Origin: Polyangiaceae bacterium
Lineage (GTDB): Bacteria > Myxococcota_A > Polyangia > Polyangiales > Polyangiaceae
Direction of reading: 5' to 3'
Assembly: GCA_033763455.1 (NCBI GenBank)
Contig: JANRKO010000080.1
Span: forward strand, 1 to 64,000
DNA: 64,000 bases
Each line of letters begins with the position of its first letter. The stretch's first letter is position 1. The notes beneath the pieces are model-generated. The model saw only the letters and a program-made list of their open reading frames with translations, was not told where the DNA came from and did not search any database. This document shows, piece after piece, positions 29,059-36,881 of this stretch. Position numbers and translations under genes: made by a program.

Positions 29059-31044
29059 TCACTTGAATGTGCAGGGGCAAGGAAAGCTTGCCCGCACGTC
29101 GTGGTTGCCTTTTTTGATCGAATCGCAGGAAGCGCCGAGGAGCTGCAGTTCGGTGGGGCTGTTCAGACGCCAGCCATCGCTGCCTTCGTGTGAGATCTTT
29201 ACGCCATCAACGGTAACCACGCCGAGATCTTCCTCGTCGGCGGCCACGCTGCCGTCTAGCGTGAATACGCACGAACGGACGCCTGTGACGATGTCCGACA
29301 ACGCATGGGTGAGGGAGCTCGTATCGTTCGCGCGGTAAAAGGGAGCCTGCTCGGCACCCCCACCTTCTAGACCCGCTCCAGCGTTAGCAAGATCCGAAAG
29401 GTGTTTTTCTCCGACTTCGTTGCCTACGCTGATCACGTAGACGGAGATGCCTTTTTGATAGGCCTTCCGTGCAGCTTCCAGCGACATTTGTCGGGAAATT
29501 TCATCGTGGGCGTCTGGAGCGGCGCAGCGATCCGGTTCTCCGTCAGTGGCCAAGATCACGGCCTTTGGTCCACTTGCGGCGTCCGCATCGAGCAGGGCAA
29601 CCACTTGGTCGAGGCTCTCGGCCGTCGGTGTGTCCCCAATGGGCTTTGCTTTAGAATACATTTCTGCGATGCGCGCGTAGTTGTCGAGTTCAAAATCTAC
29701 GGTGCTCAAGAGTGGGCAGGTGCTGGCTACACTGCGGTTATTGCTGTACAATCCGAGCCCAAAGCGGACGTCGCTCTGAAGTGTTGCCATGAGGCCAACT
29801 TTCGGATCGATCAACGAATCGCGCAGCGCCGCCCAGCGCGTGCGGTTGCCTTCCAGGAGCTTGCTCATGCTTGCTGACTGATCAACCAAAACCATGATGG
29901 TGGGCTGGGTGCGCTTGAGACTGATTTCACTCACCACGCAGTCATTCTGGCGCACGCATTCCTTGTATTCGTTGCAGCTCTGCATGGGTAGGCTGAATTC
30001 TGTAGAGGTTTGTCGCGGTCCGGAGCTCGTTGCTTCAGTCACGGTGATGCGCGCTTGGGTTGGGTCGCAGCTCGTGCGTTCGATACAGAATTCTGCAGCC
30101 TTGCTGACCTTTGCCGCCTTTTCGTTCAAGGCGGAAAGGAGATTGTCGTAGTCGGCGATCGACACATAATCTCCGCCGCTTTCGTGACTGAGCTGTGTGA
30201 GCGCTGCGGCATCCACGTCCTTTCCGACGCCTACCGTAAAGATCGGAGTGCGGGCTCCGTCGACCTCCAGCTTGAGCAAGTCATCTAAAGTTGTGGCAAT
30301 GCCATCCCCCGCTGCGTCGGTCGGGTGTTCGTCGGCAGAATTATTGTCCCCTCCGTCAGAGAAGACCACGATGGAGCGCAGGCCGCGCTCCATGCAGTTG
30401 GGCTTGCTGACGTTCGTTCCTACACCAGCAACCAGCGTCTCGTTGGCGAGTCGAATGCCGTCGTAGAGGGCCGTCCAGCCGTTGCTGATAAATAGATCTT
30501 CAACATGAGCGCTAGCTTGTGCGGCATCGTTCGTGAGATCTCCGCGGAGGGTTGCCACCGTGCTCACCCGCACCAGGCCCACCCGGTGCTCGGGGGAAAT
30601 CAAGAGGCCCTCGACGAAGCCGTGAGCCGCGCGGCGTATGCTCTTCCCCCGGTTGCGTTCACTTCCGCTATTGTCTGCTACGAGCATCGTGTCCACTTTG
30701 ACTGGGCCCGAGTTTACGGTGACGGTGGCGGGCACCCATTCGCCAAAAGCGTTCTGCACCTCAGCGGTGACTACAGCATCACCGCCTAGTGGCTTAGAGA
30801 CACCGTCGGCGTCCTGAATGTACATGGCGCCGCCCACCTGTGGGCCATCGGATTCGGTCAAATGTGCGACCTGTACGGCTGATGGCTCTTCGCCTTTGCT
30901 GGACGTACAAGCGATCCCTGCTAACAGAAGGGCTAATACGGGATTGCAACGGAGGCCACGCGCTAGTTGGATAGATACGGTGCTTCGATATCGGTCGTGG
31001 TTCGCGCGTACTGCCATTGCCTTAAGCATGACGTTGATGGGCAT
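29059..31044 (-). CDS. Tandem double-VWA lipoprotein (start uncertain)
   Basis: Lipobox LLAGIAC; two MIDAS sets DNSGS/TALYD/SDG and DQSAS/TPT/TDG. Confidence 0.8.
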   Translation of the reverse strand: MPINVMLKAMAVRANHDRYRSTVSIQLARGLRCNPVLALLLAGIACTSSKGEEPSAVQVAHLTESDGPQVGGAMYIQDADGVSKPLGGDAVVTAEVQNAFGEWVPATVTVNSGPVKVDTMLVADNSGSERNRGKSIRRAAHGFVEGLLISPEHRVGLVRVSTVATLRGDLTNDAAQASAHVEDLFISNGWTALYDGIRLANETLVAGVGTNVSKPNCMERGLRSIVVFSDGGDNNSADEHPTDAAGDGIATTLDDLLKLEVDGARTPIFTVGVGKDVDAAALTQLSHESGGDYVSIADYDNLLSALNEKAAKVSKAAEFCIERTSCDPTQARITVTEATSSGPRQTSTEFSLPMQSCNEYKECVRQNDCVVSEISLKRTQPTIMVLVDQSASMSKLLEGNRTRWAALRDSLIDPKVGLMATLQSDVRFGLGLYSNNRSVASTCPLLSTVDFELDNYARIAEMYSKAKPIGDTPTAESLDQVVALLDADAASGPKAVILATDGEPDRCAAPDAHDEISRQMSLEAARKAYQKGISVYVISVGNEVGEKHLSDLANAGAGLEGGGAEQAPFYRANDTSSLTHALSDIVTGVRSCVFTLDGSVAADEEDLGVVTVDGVKISHEGSDGWRLNSPTELQLLGASCDSIKKGNHDVRASFPCPCTFK

Positions 31045-31170
31045 TCGGACTCGAACAATCCACCCTCGCCGTGCAAATGACTCCCACCTTTGGCTGGGAT
31101 ACTTAACGTCGTCGGTTTCCGGTATCCTATCGGTGCGGCTCTGCTCGTTGGTGCGATATCGGCGCAGCCA

Positions 31171-33630
31171 TCAATGCTGAACTTTCGGTTTCCGTAAAGG
31201 AACAATGTCGGCGCCGGGTTCGGTGGAAATCTTGGGGTGGGCACGGAGCAGGCTGATAATGAGGCTCGTTCCCCAACCTTCTTCGCTACGCAGTGTGAGC
31301 CGGCCGTGGCTATTTTCGACAGCCGCTGCCAACGCCCCGAGGCTCGCAAGCCCTGCGGGGGGATCTGCTGGCGCTGTCAACGTGCGTTTCAGCGCAGCTG
31401 TCGGCACGTCCAATCGTAGATCAAGGAGTGAGACTTCCACCCTCAGGTGTCGCTCACGGATAGTGACGACGGGTCCCGTGCCCGAGCCCTCCCGCGCTGC
31501 CGCTTCGACTAAAAATTGCTCCAATGTTGCGCTGAGTTCCGGGCGATGACCGATGACTTGAGCAACGACACGGGGGGCTTGAAGGCGGATATTCCCCTGG
31601 TTACGTCGCGCCACGGTATCTACAACGTCCGTTATTACCTGCGCCATGGAAAACACGGTGAGCACGTCCCGTCGCTCCGGAAATGCTTGAACATTGTCGC
31701 CTTCCTCACTCACCTGATGGCGCTGCACTTCCACCACAGACCCCACGAAGCCGGCTCCGCCTTGTTCCTCGCTCTCCATCGCCTTGACTGAAATCACGAG
31801 CGCTCGCTGGCTTCCGTCACGTCCGAGTGTTGGCAGTTCCACTAGCCAGCCCTTATCGGCCACTTCACTGAGGCTTGGTGCTGGCAGGCTGAGGCGGGAG
31901 CTTACCGCGCCGAGTAGGCGCGTGAGGGGCAATGTGCGCACAGGGATCATGCCGCTAGGTCCGGCCTCCGGAAGCTCGAGCTCACAATACCTCAACAGAT
32001 CGAGCACTGCGCGGCCCGCGATGCGAATGTCGCCAAAGGCGTCAGCATACATTAGCCCCACCGGTGCCGACCGCAAAACGCTGCTGAAGAGCTGAAGTTC
32101 GTCCAGTGCGGTGCGGGCCTGTGTGATCAAATTGTGAGAGTCCGCTCCAGCTTCGCCGACTAAAAGCCCGGCGGTACGCCGCCAATCATCCTGACGCCCG
32201 CGCTCAATTCGGCGTTTTCTTATTAGCTCGGCAACATCGTTACCAAGCCGCAACGACAATTCTGGCTTTTTCGCGTAGGAATCTGCGGCGTTCTTGCCGA
32301 TCAAGAAGATGTAGCCTTCGAGTTCGCCCGCTGCCTCCAGGGGGATAAACAGCATCGGCACTCCCGCCATCACCACGTAGTCGTGCAGCACCTTGATGGC
32401 GCGCGCGCCAGTCTCGTCGACGTACGGAGTGCGGCGAACGTCTCTGCGTCGTTCGCGAATAATGGACTCGTTGAGGTCGCCGTGTGGCCACACTTTCAAG
32501 CGCCAACTAAACGCAGGGAGCTCCGCAACAAGGACTGCGTCCGCCGGGTGAGATTGCGCGATTCTGTCAGCTAGGCGCTCAAAGAATTCAGCGTCTGGGA
32601 GTGCGTGTGTTCCTGGTGTGCCCAAGGTTGCGCCTGCGAGCAGCTTCTCGGCGCTGCTTCTCGCACGGCGTTGAGCGAACACGCGGGGAGCGTGAAGCGT
32701 GGCAGTGTGCACAAGCAACGCGAGGCCAAGGCTTGGAAGTGGCCACAAAACGCCAATTCCGCGGGCTCCAAAGAGCGAGGCCGAAACGAGTAGCAAGTAG
32801 ATCGCGAGAGGAGGCAGGTGCCCGAGCGAACGCCACCGCCTATGCCGCCCGAGGAACAGGAGAAAAGCGCCCGTTCCAACTGCTACGAGGGCAACTTGCC
32901 AAAACACCGCCGGCTCGCGTGGCCCTTCCTCGATGGCACCCGCCATGGAAGCTGCCACTCGGGCACTCAAGGGGCCAAGTGCGTTCACGTGATTTCCGTC
33001 GATGAGTGCGTCGTCCAGTGAAAGCAGCGCGATCCGCCGCTTCAAGACGTCCGCTTCGACCCGACCCTCGCGTAGATCGGTCAACGAGATGCGTGGCACC
33101 GATTCCCAAGGGCGCGGGGAAACCCAGCGTGTTCGGGCGAACCCTAAGGGTTTCAGGCGATGGAAATCTGCAGGGGGCGCGTAGAATCCCAATATCCTTC
33201 CGTCGCTGTCACGCAGCAGCGTTGGAGCGGGCAGCACTGCTAGGTTCGACACCACGGCGTCGCCTTGCGGTCCGCACAGTTTGTCGAGTGGAGGCAACAG
33301 TAGGCTGAAGCGCGCCCCCCCAACGTGTGCGGCTTTCACTACCGAAGTAAAACAGTCGGAGCGGTGCGCCTCGCTTGCGTCGACGGATACCACGACAACG
33401 CTCGTTGGCGGTTCGCGCTTGGCCGTCAGCTCCAAAAGGGTGCGGTGTAGCCAGTGGTCAACGAACCCGAGCGGAGAACTGACCGCGACGAGTACGAGCA
33501 AGGTTGCTGCTAGAGCATCGAGTGAGACGTAGTCCCAGAACGGGTGCTGTCGTCGAACCGCGGACGCCATAGGGCGCGGCAGCAAGAACTTGCGCGGCAC
33601 CTTTCCCGGCTTCGAACGGAACCATTTCAT
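31171..33630 (-). CDS. CHASE2-domain membrane sensor with a degenerate histidine-kinase-like C-terminus
   Basis: TM, then PPTSVVVVSVD...LKRRIALL CHASE2-like region, three TMs, GAF/PAS-like segments, HATPase-like tail (ENSHGRLTLRSEEGWGTSLIISL) without a recognisable H-box or N-box. Confidence 0.65.
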   Translation of the reverse strand: MKWFRSKPGKVPRKFLLPRPMASAVRRQHPFWDYVSLDALAATLLVLVAVSSPLGFVDHWLHRTLLELTAKREPPTSVVVVSVDASEAHRSDCFTSVVKAAHVGGARFSLLLPPLDKLCGPQGDAVVSNLAVLPAPTLLRDSDGRILGFYAPPADFHRLKPLGFARTRWVSPRPWESVPRISLTDLREGRVEADVLKRRIALLSLDDALIDGNHVNALGPLSARVAASMAGAIEEGPREPAVFWQVALVAVGTGAFLLFLGRHRRWRSLGHLPPLAIYLLLVSASLFGARGIGVLWPLPSLGLALLVHTATLHAPRVFAQRRARSSAEKLLAGATLGTPGTHALPDAEFFERLADRIAQSHPADAVLVAELPAFSWRLKVWPHGDLNESIIRERRRDVRRTPYVDETGARAIKVLHDYVVMAGVPMLFIPLEAAGELEGYIFLIGKNAADSYAKKPELSLRLGNDVAELIRKRRIERGRQDDWRRTAGLLVGEAGADSHNLITQARTALDELQLFSSVLRSAPVGLMYADAFGDIRIAGRAVLDLLRYCELELPEAGPSGMIPVRTLPLTRLLGAVSSRLSLPAPSLSEVADKGWLVELPTLGRDGSQRALVISVKAMESEEQGGAGFVGSVVEVQRHQVSEEGDNVQAFPERRDVLTVFSMAQVITDVVDTVARRNQGNIRLQAPRVVAQVIGHRPELSATLEQFLVEAAAREGSGTGPVVTIRERHLRVEVSLLDLRLDVPTAALKRTLTAPADPPAGLASLGALAAAVENSHGRLTLRSEEGWGTSLIISLLRAHPKISTEPGADIVPLRKPKVQH

Positions 33631-33701
33631 AGGGGGCTACCAGGACTCCTACGGCCGGGTTCGGCTATTTTTTGGGGGTCTTCTGCCGATTGAGCTCCGC
33701 A

Positions 33702-33717
33702 TGGCCGGTTTGTCGCT
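33702..33717 (+). promoter_or_regulatory. Candidate sigma54 promoter for the cap-like operon
   Basis: TGGCCGGTTTGTCGCT with GG-N10-GC spacing and the same TCGCT -12 element as the sulfur-operon promoter; weak match. Confidence 0.3.
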
Positions 33718-33779
33718 TCGCTAAGTGACGGGCAAAGCAGGGACGGCGCCGCCTGGGGGGCGAAACCGCACTTATCTCA

Positions 33780-36700
33780 GTGCGCGGATCTGCCGAAGTG
33801 GAGGACACGCTTGTGTTGGAATTTCTCGGGATAGGCACCTCCCACGCCTGGAACGTATTTCCGGACAACGGTTTGGACCGGAGCTTGCACGCGCCGATCT
33901 TGATCGGGCTTTTGTTCCTCACGTTTTTCCGAGAAACGTTCGGCTGGAGCTACGCGGGATTGGTCGTGCCCGGCTACCTCGCCGTGGTGGCGCTTTCGGC
34001 ACCTGTTACCGGTGCTCTCATCGTTGGAGAAGCGATCTTGGCTTACTGGTTGGCGTACGCCGTTGGGCGTCTCCTACCGCGGTTGGGGCTGTGGTCGCCA
34101 CTATTTGGCAGAGAGCGATTCCTGCTGATCATACTGGCCTCTTTGGTGGTGCGGCTTGCGCTGGAAGGATACTGGATCAGTTGGTTGGTAAATCGCTACG
34201 GACTCACCCATTCTCGCGAGCTCCATAGCATTGGGCTGGTGCTCGTGGCCCTTTTGGCCAACGCGTTCTGGAATTCAGGGTTCGTTGCAGTCTTACCGCG
34301 ACTCGGCTTGGTCGTAGGGGCTACGTACTTGGTTGTTGGCCAGGTATTGCTTGCCCATACAAACTTCACGCTAGCGCGCTTTCAAGTAGCCAATGAGAGC
34401 GTGTCCCTCGCTTTTCTGGAGACGCCCCACGCCCACATTATTTTGGCGCTCGGTGCCATCATGGCAGCGCGGGATAACGTCCGCTACGGGTGGGATTATA
34501 ACGGAATTCTAGTGCCCGCCCTCCTGGCGGTAGCCTGGTATTCGCCCACCAAGCTCCTAACAACCGTCTTGGAGGCGCTGCTGGTGTTGTGGCTCTCCAA
34601 GCTCGTCACGCAATATGGGCCGCTTGCGCGCGTGCTGATGGTTGGCTCGCGGCGTATGTTGGTTGCCTATTCCGTTGGGTTCTTTACCAAATGGGTGGTT
34701 GGTTTTGCGATGATGCGGCTTCTGCCGGGCGTGCAACTATTGGATTTTTTCGGGTTCGGATACCTATTGCCGTCGCTCTTGGCGATCAAAATGTGGAACA
34801 CGGGGCGCATTCCCACCGTTATTATGCCGACGCTTCAGGTTTCGCTGGGTGCCTTCATCGCGGGAAACGCCCTGGCTTATAGCCTTCGTTTGGCTGAAAA
34901 CGCGTTGGCTTCTGCGCAGCCCGGATCGACGATTGAAACATCACGCTCCGTTGCCTGGGATCTTCTACGCGCGGACAGTGCACCGGAGCCGCGCCCACAG
35001 GCCCTGCGAGTGTTTGAGAGATCACCCGCTCAACAGGTGCTGCAAGTTATCGAGGCGATTCCTGGGGCGAGCGCAGATCTTGGAGGCATCGAATGGGAGC
35101 CGAGCATTCGAGTCGCTAAAACCCCAGATAAATGGTGGGTTTTGGGCCCGCGCTCGCTCGACCCGGACAACGATTGGGTATGCCCTCGTGTCGCGCTATC
35201 GTTCGATAGCAAGCAGAACTGGCTCGTAGTGGCCGAAACTTCCGAGGCCGCTTCTGCTAACATCGTTGTGGCATCTGAGCTTGCGAAGAGGATCTCTGCC
35301 AGAGCTGTAGTGGTGCGTTCCACACAGCCGGCGTTGGCACCCTTTGACGATGCCTTCATTGACGAGCTAAACCAACGTCTCAATATCGAGTTGGTGATCA
35401 TTGTGCGCCAGAGTGCGGGGCCCGCTCGGCTGGAGCTTTCCGGCAAGTTGCCTGAGGGGCTCGATGCGGCGTGGATGCGGCGGACTGTGGGCGGGCAGTT
35501 GGCGCTTACCTGGCGTGCGCCGAGCGTGGGGAAAAGTCCCACGGACAACGCCCCGATCCTGTTGATTGACCGAGCAACCGCCGAGACAACTGCGGCGGCT
35601 TTGCTTTCCGCGCCGGAACCGGAACTTTGGGGCCCGAGCTTGCGCGAGGTGTTGGACGTGAAAATGCCAGCACTCACCTCCGTACTTCCCGGCCACCACA
35701 GGAATCCAACCATCGAAGAGCTTCGCATTTTCTCCAAAGGTGTTGGTCGAACCTTCCTCCGCTTCGCTAGAGGTGAGGCAGCCCCGACGGCCTATAGTCG
35801 AGCGATAGCTGCAGAGCTCGGGCTTAGAACGGCCAAGGTCAGCGATCCGACTGGAGACATGTGGGCGTTGTTCTCCCCACCGGGCGAAGAACGAGAGGGG
35901 CATGCTACGTGGATAGTTCGAGGTCCAGGGAAGGTTGAAGATCGAGGCCGGCGGCCGGTATTGCTCGAAGTTCCGAGTCCGCTGTGGGAACGGGGAACGC
36001 TTAGCGCCGCGCTGTCGTTCTCTCGCGCGCTTGGTTCACAATCGATGCTCCTATCCGGTTCCTTTCCCACGGCCACCCCAGATGGCAGTGCGGACGTGCG
36101 TAGTGTTTTCGGCAAGCGTTCTTACTTTCAACATATTCACGAGCTTTGGATACAACAGCAGGGCTTGGTTCTGAGCGTTCAAGGCATTGCACCTTCTCGT
36201 ATCGCGAATGCTGACGTGATCGTGACGTTGCCGCAGGACTTGAGCGACTTCGGTCGCGCACCCAGCTGGGCACATCCGCTACTGCAACTTCTAAAAGGCA
36301 GTGGGCTGGAGGTAGCGCCGGTCGATGGCTCCCTTGAAAGAGCGCCATTCGAAGCCACGGCTCAACCGACGATGGCCTACGCCCGGCGCTTCGGCGATCA
36401 ACAAATGCTGATTGCCTGGCTCACCGCCGAGACGCGACTACGCTTTGTCGCTGCGGACGAACAAGACGCCTTGACGCAGGCTAGGTTGCTGCGAATGGGC
36501 AAGCCCGTGGCCGCTCTCTCTGTGGCGGAGCGGGCCCGGTTCCTGGCTGTGTGTAAGGCCGGCGTTAGCGGCTGCCCGAGCCTTGGCTCCGAATGTTCTC
36601 TCGACACTCAAGCCCTCGCGATTGGAAGTTATGTGCGTGAACGCAATCCGTACTGGTTACGGAGTGTGCTTTCAGCAGAGCGAGGCTGCTTTGCCGAAGT

Positions 36701-36881
36701 TGCGCAGGATGCTGCGGGGGGAACGCTCTTTGCGCTTTTGGCTAACGCCAAAGAGGTTCGTTTGGTTCCACTGCGTACTGGGAGTCTGATGACGCTCGGG
36801 CGCCCCCTGCGGGACCCACCCAATCTTGAGCAGGCGGTTGCGCTAGGGCTCTCGGCCATCGCCATTGGGGCTGTGCGATGA
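33780..36881 (+). CDS. capC: Poly-gamma-glutamate synthesis CapC/PgsC tandem-domain fusion with a large C-terminal extramembrane region (start uncertain)
   Basis: AGLVVPGYLA, LFGRERF and SIGLVLVALLAN match CapC motifs; second repeat NGILVPALLA, VGSRRM, GFGYLLPSLLA; about 660 extra aa. Confidence 0.85.
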   Translation: MRGSAEVEDTLVLEFLGIGTSHAWNVFPDNGLDRSLHAPILIGLLFLTFFRETFGWSYAGLVVPGYLAVVALSAPVTGALIVGEAILAYWLAYAVGRLLPRLGLWSPLFGRERFLLIILASLVVRLALEGYWISWLVNRYGLTHSRELHSIGLVLVALLANAFWNSGFVAVLPRLGLVVGATYLVVGQVLLAHTNFTLARFQVANESVSLAFLETPHAHIILALGAIMAARDNVRYGWDYNGILVPALLAVAWYSPTKLLTTVLEALLVLWLSKLVTQYGPLARVLMVGSRRMLVAYSVGFFTKWVVGFAMMRLLPGVQLLDFFGFGYLLPSLLAIKMWNTGRIPTVIMPTLQVSLGAFIAGNALAYSLRLAENALASAQPGSTIETSRSVAWDLLRADSAPEPRPQALRVFERSPAQQVLQVIEAIPGASADLGGIEWEPSIRVAKTPDKWWVLGPRSLDPDNDWVCPRVALSFDSKQNWLVVAETSEAASANIVVASELAKRISARAVVVRSTQPALAPFDDAFIDELNQRLNIELVIIVRQSAGPARLELSGKLPEGLDAAWMRRTVGGQLALTWRAPSVGKSPTDNAPILLIDRATAETTAAALLSAPEPELWGPSLREVLDVKMPALTSVLPGHHRNPTIEELRIFSKGVGRTFLRFARGEAAPTAYSRAIAAELGLRTAKVSDPTGDMWALFSPPGEEREGHATWIVRGPGKVEDRGRRPVLLEVPSPLWERGTLSAALSFSRALGSQSMLLSGSFPTATPDGSADVRSVFGKRSYFQHIHELWIQQQGLVLSVQGIAPSRIANADVIVTLPQDLSDFGRAPSWAHPLLQLLKGSGLEVAPVDGSLERAPFEATAQPTMAYARRFGDQQMLIAWLTAETRLRFVAADEQDALTQARLLRMGKPVAALSVAERARFLAVCKAGVSGCPSLGSECSLDTQALAIGSYVRERNPYWLRSVLSAERGCFAEVAQDAAGGTLFALLANAKEVRLVPLRTGSLMTLGRPLRDPPNLEQAVALGLSAIAIGAVR

